Below, in pieces: positions 38,241 to 48,546 of a stretch of 64,000 nt of DNA (the stretch's first letter is position 1; each line of letters starts with the position of its first letter). The position numbers were made by a program, and so were the translations under genes. Below the pieces are notes generated by a model, which had not been told where the DNA came from, did no database searches, and was given only the letters and a program-made list of their open reading frames with translations. Source of the stretch: Candidatus Omnitrophota bacterium (GTDB lineage: Bacteria; Omnitrophota; Omnitrophia; Omnitrophales; Aquincolibacteriaceae); contig JAFGHI010000025.1 of NCBI GenBank assembly GCA_016930235.1, positions 16,437 through 80,436 of the forward strand, in the 5' to 3' direction.

Positions 38241-39029
38241 ATGACAGCCAAGAATCCTTTTGTCAGCTTTATCATCCCCGTCTTCAACGAAGAGCTGAAC
38301 ATTACAGGCGTTTTCAAGGATCTCTACGACATTCTCCACCGCCACCCCGAATGGAACTGGGAAGTCATTGTGATCGAAGACGGCTCCAAAGACAATACCC
38401 GCCGAGTAATTCTTGACCTCGTTAAAACTTATCCCGAAACTCAATTAATTCTTCACGACCAGAACCGGGGCTACTGCGCCTCCATGCGTGACGGTCTGGC
38501 CAAGGCCCAGGGAGATTACTTGATGTATATCGGCGCCGACGAGGAATTCGATTGTTCAGAACTCCCTGCCTTCGTCGAGCCTTTACGTCAAGAAGGCGCC
38601 GGGCATGCGGACATTGTCCTGGGCGTACGATGGCAACGAAATGCCTATAAACTCCACCGTTTCTTTCTTTCCGTCATCTACATTTTCCTTTTGAATGCCA
38701 TGTTTCGAATGCGCGTCAACGACTACAACTGGTCTCAGGTGTGGTCCAGGGATTTCATCGACCGTTCACAAATTGAATCCAAATCCCTTTTTATGCTTCC
38801 CGAAATTATCATCAAAGCTTACGATGCGGGATATAAGATCAAGGAAGTCCCCTCCAATCACCGGGGTCGAAAATGGGGAAAATCATCACTCAATATGAAG
38901 ATCATGACGCATGCCCTTCTGGATGCCTTCCGCTTCTGGATTCATCGCCGTTCAAAAAAATACCGGCCGCTTAAACCATCTTCTCCGTCAAAAGAACTTG
39001 TGGAATCCCCCCAAGAAATCAAAAAGTAG
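38241..39029 (+). CDS. GT2, polyprenol-phosphate glycosyltransferase (DPM1-like)
   Basis: SFIIPVFNEE, IEDGSKDNT, NRGY, RGRKWGKSS; start moved to ATG 38241. Confidence 0.85.
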   Translation: MTAKNPFVSFIIPVFNEELNITGVFKDLYDILHRHPEWNWEVIVIEDGSKDNTRRVILDLVKTYPETQLILHDQNRGYCASMRDGLAKAQGDYLMYIGADEEFDCSELPAFVEPLRQEGAGHADIVLGVRWQRNAYKLHRFFLSVIYIFLLNAMFRMRVNDYNWSQVWSRDFIDRSQIESKSLFMLPEIIIKAYDAGYKIKEVPSNHRGRKWGKSSLNMKIMTHALLDAFRFWIHRRSKKYRPLKPSSPSKELVESPQEIKK

Positions 39030-39072
39030 GCACATGTTTTATCGTGGCGCTTAAAATCAAACCATCGAATTC

Positions 39073-40761
39073 CTAACTTCGCTTGGACACTCCGCGTAAT
39101 TGCATGGGACCGCCATTCATGATTCGATGCTCGGTCATGACATAGAAGTCATCTTCTTCATGAATGAGAAAATAACCGGCCTTCATCAGATCCGTCAGCT
39201 CTTCGGGAAGGCCCCGGGAATTCGGCTCCCAAAACTCCCGGTCAAAGATGACATAATCAGCCTGCTTTTGCTTGGCAATCTCCGCTTTCGTCGGCACGGC
39301 ATTATAATCAAACTGATAAATTTCCTTTCGATGAGCCAGTTGCGGAATAAAATTGTTATGGGTCAGCACGGAAGCTTCTTGCGGTACATCTTTTAAGATA
39401 AAACGAATATATTGACGCCTCGGACTGTTGTGTTGAGCGCTTTGCCAATAATAATAATATTCGGATGGCCCTGACCTCAAAAGACTCACAATCATCAAAC
39501 CGGCCGCGACACCATAACGATAACGATGAAACCAATTGTATTTTTCGGTCAAACGCTGAAAACCATAGATGGCGGATATGAATACGAAGGGAGTCAACCC
39601 CGCCGTGTAATGGTAAGCAAAGGACCTCATGACGGGATTCTCTGAGAGAAGATTTTGCGTCAGGATTGGCAAGGTCAACATCCAGGTCGGAAAATGAAAG
39701 AATGATAAAAACATGAGCGGCGAATAGACCTTCAAAATATATTCCCAGGTGTCCCCCGAAAAAATGACTTTGAGAATCCCTAAGGGCGAATTCATGAGAT
39801 ACACATAGAAACCCTGATACAAATAAGGTTTTTGGCTCAGTTTGGGAATGATCCAGGAAACCTCCGCCCAAAATAAAAGGGCCGCGAAGATCATGACGGA
39901 TAAACCCAGACGATATGCTTTTTTAAACGAAACGGCATAAAGCCCCAGCATAAAAGCTACCGCCAGCATATTTTCCTTGGCCAAAATAACAACGCCAAGC
40001 GTTAGCAGAAAACCCGTCCACTTTCGCTTCTCAAGAAATATAAAAGCTAAAAAGATGAACGGTTCCGCTAAGACTTCGGGGTGAAAATCCTCATGCAAGG
40101 CATTACGGGAAGGGAGAAAGAAAAAATACGCGATGACAAAAACAAATGCCAGGAAATAATCCCCGGTTCGTTCTTTCGCAATTTTTCCAATCAGGAAAAC
40201 GCAGCTTGCCGTCGCAAGCGCTTGAAGAATCAAGAGCATCCTCGGATCCGGCCAAATCAGATAAAATGGCGTTGCGACAAGCAGAATGGGACTCATATGA
40301 TCGCCCAACAGGCAGATTCCATCCTTGATCGAAGAATAAAGGAAATGCCCTTGCATCGTATTCCAAACTGCCTGGTCAAAGATCCCGAGATCAAAGGCAC
40401 GCGTTTCAAGAGCAAGGTGGCGAATCCACCCCACCGAAATGGTCATGCCGCTATAAAGCAAAAAAACTAAGCTCACAAAAACCCAGAAACTCCAGCCTTT
40501 CAATCCCTGAATCAAGCGCACAAACCATAACTGCCGGAAAACCTCGGGACACTTCCACCTAAGAAACAACAAGGGAACAGCTAGAAGCGCCACCCCCATA
40601 CGCATCATATTGACATATCGCGTTTTCGAACTCAATTCGCTCATGAGGCCCATCTGGATCAAAGGAATACCGTTGGTGAGGATGAAAAAAAGGCCGGCCA
40701 ATCCAAGAAATGTTGTTAACAACTGCCAATGGAATGTTCTAAAATCTGACTTCAAACTCAC
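39073..40761 (-). CDS. DUF2079-like GT-C-fold membrane protein
   Basis: FDLGIFDQAVWN, LGDH.SPIL, LLILQ, DFHPE, KE, YHY motifs. Confidence 0.75.
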   Translation of the reverse strand: MSLKSDFRTFHWQLLTTFLGLAGLFFILTNGIPLIQMGLMSELSSKTRYVNMMRMGVALLAVPLLFLRWKCPEVFRQLWFVRLIQGLKGWSFWVFVSLVFLLYSGMTISVGWIRHLALETRAFDLGIFDQAVWNTMQGHFLYSSIKDGICLLGDHMSPILLVATPFYLIWPDPRMLLILQALATASCVFLIGKIAKERTGDYFLAFVFVIAYFFFLPSRNALHEDFHPEVLAEPFIFLAFIFLEKRKWTGFLLTLGVVILAKENMLAVAFMLGLYAVSFKKAYRLGLSVMIFAALLFWAEVSWIIPKLSQKPYLYQGFYVYLMNSPLGILKVIFSGDTWEYILKVYSPLMFLSFFHFPTWMLTLPILTQNLLSENPVMRSFAYHYTAGLTPFVFISAIYGFQRLTEKYNWFHRYRYGVAAGLMIVSLLRSGPSEYYYYWQSAQHNSPRRQYIRFILKDVPQEASVLTHNNFIPQLAHRKEIYQFDYNAVPTKAEIAKQKQADYVIFDREFWEPNSRGLPEELTDLMKAGYFLIHEEDDFYVMTEHRIMNGGPMQLRGVSKRS

Positions 40762-41576
40762 GAACCCCTCGGCTCCTCGCCGATTGAACGCTCATAGTCG
40801 TTATCGATTTTTCGGGATGAAATCCAATACACCGTTTTTGTGACAGCCATCAAGGGTGCGGCAGCACTATAATAAATAAAACACAGTATCCGCACATCAA
40901 AATCTTTGAAAACCAACCCCTCGAGGACCGCACCGATTGTAAGGACGTTCATCACCACGTGGATTTCGCAACTCTTATGCAGCCAGGAAAAGACATCCCG
41001 GAAGCGCCCTTTCTTCACTTGATTCAGATGGTTATCAACGTGAGCGGCCTTGAAATAAAAAGATGTTTTTTCATGCGTCGACATTTTTTCATAAAATGTT
41101 TTATATTTCACGTCATGAAGGAGATTAAAAAGCGTAATGGCTAAGGCCGGGAGAAACCCCCATTTGATAAAAAAGGCAATGCCCGTCTCGTGATAAGCAT
41201 AAAGGCCAAATCCGAAGAACAAAGCCGCATGAATAAGATGATGGGTCAGGAAATCGAAAAACCGACCGGTCAAAGTCACCTGCTTGCGATACCTGGCTAT
41301 TTGGCCGTCCACATGATCGAGCAAATACCAAAGCTGAAGCAAAACAACCCCAATAAAAAAACCGCTCATCGCAGGCACCGTCAACCACGCAATTCCGAGA
41401 AACCCGATCCCGAGTGACATCAAAGTCACCTGATTCGCCGTTACGTTTGTATGCAAAAACAGCCAAGTGACCGGCAAGGCCGCATCCCGTACAAGATGAC
41501 GCGCCATCCAGTTCCCCTTCTTCTTATAATCAGGTTTTTGGACTATTTTGTTGAGTTCTTTGAGTGATTCCATCAT
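40758..41576 (-). CDS. CDP-alcohol phosphatidyltransferase family protein
   Basis: TANQVT, LDHVDGQIARY....T..G.FFD. Confidence 0.88.
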   Translation of the reverse strand: MMESLKELNKIVQKPDYKKKGNWMARHLVRDAALPVTWLFLHTNVTANQVTLMSLGIGFLGIAWLTVPAMSGFFIGVVLLQLWYLLDHVDGQIARYRKQVTLTGRFFDFLTHHLIHAALFFGFGLYAYHETGIAFFIKWGFLPALAITLFNLLHDVKYKTFYEKMSTHEKTSFYFKAAHVDNHLNQVKKGRFRDVFSWLHKSCEIHVVMNVLTIGAVLEGLVFKDFDVRILCFIYYSAAAPLMAVTKTVYWISSRKIDNDYERSIGEEPRGS

Positions 41577-41615
41577 AGCGTCTTCCTTTTATTGAGCCCG
41601 CCATTTTGGCGGATG

Positions 41616-41780
41616 TAAAATCCGAATCTCGAATTTCGAAGCACAAAACAAATACGAATATCGAAATTCAAATAAGGCAAACAAAAGATCTGTGTCCTAT
41701 GCCCTTCGTACCTTGTTTTTTTCTTTCCTATTTCGAATTTTGATATTTCTTCGAATTTCGGGATTCGCGCTTCGGATTTC
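41616..41780. repeat. Class-1 inverted-arm element (empty)
   Basis: taaaatcCGAAtctCGAAtttCGAAgcaCAAAacaaataCGAAtatCGAA...TTCGaatTTCGggaTTCGcgcTTCGgattt; preceded by hairpin ccgcca-ttt-tggcgg at 41598-41612. Confidence 0.85.
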
Positions 41781-41787
41781 CCTGTGC

Positions 41788-42483
41788 TTACGCTTGTTTG
41801 TTGCAAAAAAAGCAAAAGTGATAGGAAAAACGAGTCGGGATAAGCCAATCCTTGATCTGCTGTTTCCAGGATTGGCGAGCTATACCGTTATATTTTTCCG
41901 TTTTCATGACTTTAAGTCCGTGGTCTTCTAAGATTTGCTTCCACTCGCCCCAGCTGGCAAACTTTTCATGGGTTTGGTTCCTGGCGAATCGATCTCCTTT
42001 CAACAAAACCGAAAGGATGTCCTTATACCAAAAGATATTCGGAACCAGGATCAAAAAAAGGGCATCCCTTTTAGCTACCCTTTTCATCTCACGGATCGCT
42101 TCACCGATATCGAGAAAATGCTCCAGGCTGCCTAAACAAGTCACGCTGTCAAAAATCGCATCACCAAACGGCAATTTTTCCGCAACCGAATGAAGATAAG
42201 ACGCTTCCGGACATTCCTTCCTGGCAATTTCAAGAGCCCTTTCAGAAATATCAACACCCGTAAGGGATACCTTTCCTTGTACAACATGCCGGATATGTTT
42301 TAAAAAATAACCGCCGCCGCAAGCAATGTCCAAGACGGATTTCACCGATGGCTGATATTGAATCAGGCGGTTAGCAAACCACGCATAGGCCCGGTCTTCG
42401 TCCCGAATGGGTTCTTTCTCGTACAGCTGATTGTATTCCGCTTGGATATCTTTAAACTCTTTTTGATCGATTTCAACACTCAT
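41788..42483 (-). CDS. Class I SAM-dependent methyltransferase
   Basis: VLDIACGGG, GVDIS, AEKLPF, LEHF. Confidence 0.88.
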   Translation of the reverse strand: MSVEIDQKEFKDIQAEYNQLYEKEPIRDEDRAYAWFANRLIQYQPSVKSVLDIACGGGYFLKHIRHVVQGKVSLTGVDISERALEIARKECPEASYLHSVAEKLPFGDAIFDSVTCLGSLEHFLDIGEAIREMKRVAKRDALFLILVPNIFWYKDILSVLLKGDRFARNQTHEKFASWGEWKQILEDHGLKVMKTEKYNGIARQSWKQQIKDWLIPTRFSYHFCFFCNKQA

Positions 42484-42486
42484 GTC

Positions 42487-43572
42487 TCACACCGTCGATT
42501 CATACACTTTTATTGTTTCCCGAGCTGCCTTGTCCCAGGAAAAATTCTTGATCTGTTGGAATCCCTTTTCGACGAAATCACTCCGAACCGATTCATCATG
42601 ACCGAACGTGATCATACCTTCCACGATCTGCTGAGTTTGTGTGGGATCCACCAGCCAGGCGGCACTTCCTGCGACTTCCGGCAACGAGGATGTCTTCGAT
42701 GTCAACACCGGTGTCCCCGAAGCCATGGCCTCCAGAACCGGGATCCCGAATCCTTCATAAAGAGACGGAAAAATCAACGCTTGCGAGTTAGAGTATAACA
42801 AATTCAGTTCCTCTTGGCTCAAGTAATCCGTAAAAAGGATATCGTCCAGATTAGCCTGAGAACCATGCACAAGCAACTCGTACGCGCGCCCCTGCGCGAA
42901 AGATCTTGAACCGGCAATCACTAGCTGAAACCGCACATCGCCACGCTTTTGCTTTAAAAACTCGTCAAAAGCACGGATAACACGTTCCAAATTTTTTCTG
43001 GGTTCGAGCGTCCCGACGGACAGGAAATATTTCTCCGCAATGTTGAGACGTTTTTTCAGAATCTCCCACTTGGGATGATTTTTCATGTTCGAAAAACCTT
43101 CATGCCCTGAAGGATAGACGAGATGAATCTTCTTTTCAGGGATGCGTAATTCTTGCATGATATCGCGCTTGCTATTTTCAGAATCAGTAATGATCGCGTT
43201 CGCCGATCGAACAGCCACCGGGAGCCATTTCCCCCAGTAGAAACGGCTGGGCCAACCCATCTGATTGGGGAACTTCATCCCGATAAGGTCGTGCACCGTA
43301 ACGACAACTTTAAACGGTCTGATAATCGGAGGGGCAAAACAGGGTACATGCAAAAGACGGATCCTATCCTTGAAGGCAATCGAAAGGAGCTCATAATTCT
43401 CCCACTGCATACGTTCTGCGGTATTCCAATCTTTCTCACGTGGTTTTGCATAGCAGCGAATAATATGTCGATCGCGAGATTCCCGGATGATGGAGCGCAC
43501 AAGATTTTCGGTATAAACCCCAAGCCCCGTCTTCTGCCCAAAACAAGAGTGCGTATCAATACCTATCTTCAT
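42487..43572 (-). CDS. GT4 glycosyltransferase
   Basis: TGLGVY, TVHDLI, SVGTLEPRKNL, FPSLYEGFGIPVLEAMASGTPV. Confidence 0.92.
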   Translation of the reverse strand: MKIGIDTHSCFGQKTGLGVYTENLVRSIIRESRDRHIIRCYAKPREKDWNTAERMQWENYELLSIAFKDRIRLLHVPCFAPPIIRPFKVVVTVHDLIGMKFPNQMGWPSRFYWGKWLPVAVRSANAIITDSENSKRDIMQELRIPEKKIHLVYPSGHEGFSNMKNHPKWEILKKRLNIAEKYFLSVGTLEPRKNLERVIRAFDEFLKQKRGDVRFQLVIAGSRSFAQGRAYELLVHGSQANLDDILFTDYLSQEELNLLYSNSQALIFPSLYEGFGIPVLEAMASGTPVLTSKTSSLPEVAGSAAWLVDPTQTQQIVEGMITFGHDESVRSDFVEKGFQQIKNFSWDKAARETIKVYESTV

Positions 43573-45074
43573 AGCGCGTCACTCTCTGGCCGTTTTCCCA
43601 TTTTGTTTAACTGATCGGTCATGACCTTGCCCATCACGGTAAGCAGGCCTGTACGGCGATTCACATACCAGGCGCACGGTACCGTCAAAAGTACGTACAG
43701 CCCGCACCTAAGCAAGACGCCCAGAAAAGAAAAATCATTTCCGACCCGACTCAACAAAAATGTCAGCACGAAGAAATATCCGAGCATCAGAAAAAGCGCT
43801 CCGATAAACCGTATCACTTCGGCACTTCCCGAAAAATGACTTTTGGCATAAATAAGCATCATGAGATTATAAATCATAGAACCCAAAACGACACCCCAGG
43901 CAACTCCCACTAACCCCATGCCTGAGCGCACAAAAACAAAATCAAAAAGAGCAATGAGAAAAACTCCTACCATTAAAATGGGAAGCATTCGCCACTGCTT
44001 GTCAAGCGTAATCAAAAAAGTATTAGCTTGTTGGCCGATCGCCATAAAAAAAGTCGACAGTAGCAGCACTTTCATGGCCGGAAGACCCGCTGTGAATTTC
44101 GGAAGCAATGTGTGTATCAAAATAGGCCCTGCCAGAATAGCCAGTCCGATCAGGAATGCCGTTATCAAACCGACAACCCAGACGGGATAAAGCAAATATC
44201 CCTGGATCCCTGCCGCACTACCGCTTTCTCCGTATTTTTCTTGTAGCCGCGGGTACAGTACAATCGCCAGCATATTGGGAATTCCGATAATATACTGATG
44301 AAACATCAGTGCAATGGAATAATTTCCCAGGGCCGTGACACCCAAATAGGTAGCAATCATAATTTTATCGACGCTGCGAATAGTCTGCTGGCTAAGGCCG
44401 ACCAACAAAAGTGGGATACCGATGCCCATGATTTTTTGGAGTCCTTCACTCGAGAGTTTAAGCTTGAATCCATAATGCGTGCGCACATGAACAAAAAGAA
44501 GCCCAAGGGCTGTGCTCAAATACGACGCAACGAACAAACCGTATATTTTGAAAGGCTTCACCAAGATAAAAACAAATATCAAATTTAGAATTGCGCTGAG
44601 GACAGTAACTTGAGCGATATAATAAAACTCTTTATTCGCCCTCATGATGGTCGTGTAGTAGTCGTAAACGCGCTGGATTAGGATAATGGCTGCTACATAA
44701 AGCAATCCGATATACAAATAATTCGAGTGCTTTTCTTTCGTCCAGAAAGCGTAAATCGCAATACCAATCGCAGGGAGAAGGGCCATGAGCACCGTAAAAG
44801 TAAAAACCTCGTTCTTGATCTGCTCGGCCTTGTCCCATTCCTTGCGTCCACGGTAATAAGGTATTTCCCGAAAGGCGGCTTTGGAAGCCCCTAACGTCGC
44901 ATAATCGCAGTATCCGAGGATCACCTGCACAACATTCCAAACACCGACCATGGTAGGTCCCAAAAATCGCTTCGTTGCGACACTGATCACAAATCCCAGA
45001 AATTGCGCAATATAGTTGCTTGAAATGTAGAGCGACGAATCTTTAAATATAGCTTTCTTAGTTGCATGTCCCAT
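43569..45074 (-). CDS. Oligosaccharide flippase (Wzx-like)
   Basis: RFLGP...GVW, DKIMIA.YLG..ALGNYS, YPRL; 12-14 TM segments. Confidence 0.82.
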   Translation of the reverse strand: MGHATKKAIFKDSSLYISSNYIAQFLGFVISVATKRFLGPTMVGVWNVVQVILGYCDYATLGASKAAFREIPYYRGRKEWDKAEQIKNEVFTFTVLMALLPAIGIAIYAFWTKEKHSNYLYIGLLYVAAIILIQRVYDYYTTIMRANKEFYYIAQVTVLSAILNLIFVFILVKPFKIYGLFVASYLSTALGLLFVHVRTHYGFKLKLSSEGLQKIMGIGIPLLLVGLSQQTIRSVDKIMIATYLGVTALGNYSIALMFHQYIIGIPNMLAIVLYPRLQEKYGESGSAAGIQGYLLYPVWVVGLITAFLIGLAILAGPILIHTLLPKFTAGLPAMKVLLLSTFFMAIGQQANTFLITLDKQWRMLPILMVGVFLIALFDFVFVRSGMGLVGVAWGVVLGSMIYNLMMLIYAKSHFSGSAEVIRFIGALFLMLGYFFVLTFLLSRVGNDFSFLGVLLRCGLYVLLTVPCAWYVNRRTGLLTVMGKVMTDQLNKMGKRPESDAL

Positions 45075-45112
45075 AGTTACAGTCCTATCTAAATTAACCG
45101 GGATGCCAAGAT

Positions 45113-45769
45113 CTAAACGGTCCCCTTATTCTCCTCGTAAGCCCTCAAAACACTATCTCCTCTTATCACTTTGGGAGCATAAGTAACTAAACGGGGATCC
45201 TGGGGCCACCCTTGCGGGATTTTGCCGCCCCGAAAGAGATCGATTAAATCTGGAATCATGGAAGCTGCGAGAACGGCCGTTTTTTGAATCACCCTATTTT
45301 CTGTATCGCTTTCGGAAAGCGGCAGGGATCGCTGCAGAAGAATGTCACCTGCATCCAATTCCTCGGTAAGGTAATGGATGGAAACGCCTGTCTCCTTTTC
45401 TTTATTCTTGACGACGGCATAAAACGGACATGGCCCACGATACTTCGGCAGCAGAGAAGGATGGATATTCACAATTCCAAATTTCGGAATGTTAATGATT
45501 TGCCTGGGTACGATCTGGGCGAATGTTGCAACAATGATCAGATCGGGTTCCAGCGTTTTGATCAAATCAACCGAATTTAAAATTTTTTCGCCAGAACAGG
45601 TGATTTTCATTCGCTTGCATAAATCGACCAATGCTTCTTCCTCGTAATAAGGAAACTTGTTCTTGTAAATCGTCGTGAAAACAGCCGTAACCCAAACATC
45701 GGGGATATTAAGCAAAGCAGGAAGCACCGTATTTCCAAAACCCGTCAGACTGAACAAAATAATTTTCAT
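45113..45769 (-). CDS. Formyltransferase (likely sugar N-formyltransferase)
   Basis: NIHPSLLPKYRGP, TGVSIH, LDAGDI; lacks the Fmt C-terminal domain. Confidence 0.82.
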   Translation of the reverse strand: MKIILFSLTGFGNTVLPALLNIPDVWVTAVFTTIYKNKFPYYEEEALVDLCKRMKITCSGEKILNSVDLIKTLEPDLIIVATFAQIVPRQIINIPKFGIVNIHPSLLPKYRGPCPFYAVVKNKEKETGVSIHYLTEELDAGDILLQRSLPLSESDTENRVIQKTAVLAASMIPDLIDLFRGGKIPQGWPQDPRLVTYAPKVIRGDSVLRAYEENKGTV

Positions 45770-45787
45770 GGCGGATATCCTCTTTCC

Positions 45788-46498
45788 CTAGCCCAATTTT
45801 TTAATCGCTTTTGCCGGAACCCCAACCGCAACAACGTGCGGCGGAACATCCTTTGTAACGACACTCCCGGCTCCTACAATGGCACCCGATCCGATGGTAA
45901 CCTTTTTCAGAATAACCGTTCTCGCTCCGATCCACGCATTCGATTCAATCCGGATGGGTCCGTGAATTTCCCCATGCATGCTAATTTGTCCCGTAGAAGA
46001 ATCCACTCGATGATCTGCATCAATGAGGAAAACGCCGGGTCCGATGATCACATGGTCCTCAATACTAAGATCTTTCCCGCCGATCCAGCAATCCCGGGCA
46101 ACCCATACTTCTTTCCCGATCCGTGAATTTCCCAAACTGGAAATCTGAGAATTTTTCAATAGCGATAAACGTTCCCCGATTGTCAAATGTCCTTCAACAA
46201 CAATCTGTGATTGGGCGCCAATAAAAGAAGAATCACCGACCACAAGTTCTCCGTCGGAAACGAAAAAGGAACTTCCCTCTTCAATGACCACGTTGCTGCC
46301 GATGATCGTCTTCTTAGCACCACGCAGAGAGATATATCCCGTAACGATCGAACCGCGCCCGAAAGCTCTGAAACGGCGCCGGTAATAAGCAGACCAAAAG
46401 ATTTTTTTTAGTCGGAAGAGTATTTTCTCCAAAACACCCAAAATCCCATCGGATTCATGCAACGTCTTAAGTTTGCTCATATTTTTGTCATTCCCCAA
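45788..46498 (-). CDS. Hexapeptide-repeat acyltransferase
   Basis: LbH repeats; WIGA..VIL..VTIG.GAIVGAGSVVTKDVP. Confidence 0.88.
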   Translation of the reverse strand: MGNDKNMSKLKTLHESDGILGVLEKILFRLKKIFWSAYYRRRFRAFGRGSIVTGYISLRGAKKTIIGSNVVIEEGSSFFVSDGELVVGDSSFIGAQSQIVVEGHLTIGERLSLLKNSQISSLGNSRIGKEVWVARDCWIGGKDLSIEDHVIIGPGVFLIDADHRVDSSTGQISMHGEIHGPIRIESNAWIGARTVILKKVTIGSGAIVGAGSVVTKDVPPHVVAVGVPAKAIKKLG

Positions 46499-46527
46499 TG
46501 TGCGTTTTTAAAATTGTGTGTATGAAT

Positions 46528-47586
46528 TTATTCGACCAAATCCCAACTTACCGGAATCCCGCGCTTCACATCCAATCTCACTTTCCGGCCGACGATCTCC
46601 TTCAAATATTTCGGAGCCAAACCGTCGGATGGCCTTATCGAACGGATATCCTCCGGAACAATGCAAGATCCTTTGCGGATATCCCGAGCAAAGAACAAAG
46701 AACGTCTGTAACGTTTATACGGTTTCTCATCTTCACTTAACTCATAACGAATCGATCCCACGGCCTCATGAGCAGCCTTGGATTCATCAACAAGAAGTTT
46801 TAACTCCGAAGGTTCGAGCGCATAAAAGTCATCCAAACCGCGATCCTTTCTGCTGAGAGTAAAGTGGCGTTCGATCAAAACAGCACCGAGTGCAGTTGCA
46901 GCGAGCGAGGCCCCAATACCCACAGTATGATCGGAAAACCCAGTCAAAACATGAAACGACTCCGCGAGATGATTCATGATCTTCAAATTGCTCAAACCGG
47001 CTGGAGAGGGATAGACCGTGGAACATCTCAAGAGGACAAGATCGCAGGGACCCACTTCCCGCGCGGTCTCCACCGCTTCCTTGATCTCATCAAAAGAGGC
47101 CATACCCGTCGACATAATTAAGGGTTTTCCTGTCCTTGCGCAGCATCGAATCAGTTCTAGATCCACGAGTTCACAGGATGCGATTTTGTAGGCAGGCGCA
47201 TCAAGCTTTTCAAGGAAATCAACCGCTGTCGAATCAAAAGGTGAACTAAAAACAGTGATTCCGATCTTTTTCCCAAGGTCGAAAATTTCTTTGTGCCATT
47301 CCCACGGCAAAGATGCCCGTTGGTAAAGTTCAAATAAGGACTGCCCCGCCCATGGATTGTCATTCGATACCCTAAATCGGGGATGATTGCTACGCATTGT
47401 GATCGTTTCCGCAGTAAATGTCTGCAACTTGACTGCGTGCGCACCTGCCTTCTGGGCCGCTTCGACAATTTGCAGGGCCCTTTTTAATGATCCGTTATGA
47501 TTTGCAGACATTTCTGCCACAATCATCGGCGGATGCGAAGGTCCGACCTTGTGATCACCGATTTGAATATCCCCTAAAGATATCAC
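46528..47586 (-). CDS. pseI: Pseudaminic acid synthase (NeuB family)
   Basis: VAEMSANHNGS..RA, VKLQT, LPWEWH, FSSPFD, YKIAS, SDHT.G, IERHF, SAF domain RRSL/IRP..GL.P. Confidence 0.9.
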   Translation of the reverse strand: MISLGDIQIGDHKVGPSHPPMIVAEMSANHNGSLKRALQIVEAAQKAGAHAVKLQTFTAETITMRSNHPRFRVSNDNPWAGQSLFELYQRASLPWEWHKEIFDLGKKIGITVFSSPFDSTAVDFLEKLDAPAYKIASCELVDLELIRCCARTGKPLIMSTGMASFDEIKEAVETAREVGPCDLVLLRCSTVYPSPAGLSNLKIMNHLAESFHVLTGFSDHTVGIGASLAATALGAVLIERHFTLSRKDRGLDDFYALEPSELKLLVDESKAAHEAVGSIRYELSEDEKPYKRYRRSLFFARDIRKGSCIVPEDIRSIRPSDGLAPKYLKEIVGRKVRLDVKRGIPVSWDLVE

Positions 47587-47619
47587 TCAAATTCCCCCGA
47601 TTCGATAAGATCAGAAGTT

Positions 47620-48510
47620 TTAGGTTCGCACCGCGTAGGCAATGACCTGTCTTCCGAGATTCTGCTCGGCGAGCGATTGATAAAAACGCCTGAGTTCCCT
47701 CTGCCTACCGAGTTTCCGCATATTATTTTCAAAAGCCATTCGGCGTTCGTGGCATTGCCTTCCCAGATTTCCATCGCCAACATAGTTGTCTCCAAACAAC
47801 AAAAAAAGTTCCATCGGGAAAGAGGATTCGACAAGCCGAACCGAAAAACCTGTACCTTCAAGAAGTTTTTTTAACGAATCTGCGCTGAAGTAATTAAGAT
47901 GCCCCGGCGGAGCGACCCACCATTCCCCCAAATGATGCAGTTCTTTGGCACAAATCTGAAATACATTGAATTCGTTTGGAACGTCGATCGCCAAAACACC
48001 ACCCGGCTTAAGAACTTTCTTATAGATTTCTTCCAGAACGGTCACGGGATCAGCGAAATGTTCCAGAACGTTTAAAAGGGTTACGATATCAAAACGCTTA
48101 TCACCGAAAACCGCCATTTCTTCCATGCCCGCGGTGACGACATTCAATCCCTGTTTGCGGCCATACTCGATGGCTTCGGGCGCGGGATCAAAACCATAGC
48201 AGCTCAATCCGGTTTCCCTAAAAAAGAGCAACGCCTGTCCCCAGCCGCATCCGATATCAAGAATACTCTTTGATTTCAGTGACTCACCTAAAATATCGGA
48301 AAAAGCCTGTGTCATATCACTATAATGGCCCTGGTAAAAATCCCTGTCGCGTAATTGAATGTCTAAGGACGAATCATTAAACCGTTTGTAATCACCCGAA
48401 TAAAATTCATCAGTGTAGAATTTCGCTATTTCTTCCGCAGTTGGCGTTGGGTTGATTTGATAAAAACCGTACCGTGGATTTTTCTTCAATTGATAGGATT
48501 TTATATTCAT
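47620..48510 (-). CDS. Class I SAM-dependent methyltransferase
   Basis: ILDIGCGWG, NVLEHF.DP, LKPGG, VPN, HLNYFS. Confidence 0.87.
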   Translation of the reverse strand: MNIKSYQLKKNPRYGFYQINPTPTAEEIAKFYTDEFYSGDYKRFNDSSLDIQLRDRDFYQGHYSDMTQAFSDILGESLKSKSILDIGCGWGQALLFFRETGLSCYGFDPAPEAIEYGRKQGLNVVTAGMEEMAVFGDKRFDIVTLLNVLEHFADPVTVLEEIYKKVLKPGGVLAIDVPNEFNVFQICAKELHHLGEWWVAPPGHLNYFSADSLKKLLEGTGFSVRLVESSFPMELFLLFGDNYVGDGNLGRQCHERRMAFENNMRKLGRQRELRRFYQSLAEQNLGRQVIAYAVRT

Positions 48511-48546
48511 TTCGACTCCCTTTCTCTGTTAACACAATGACCGAGC

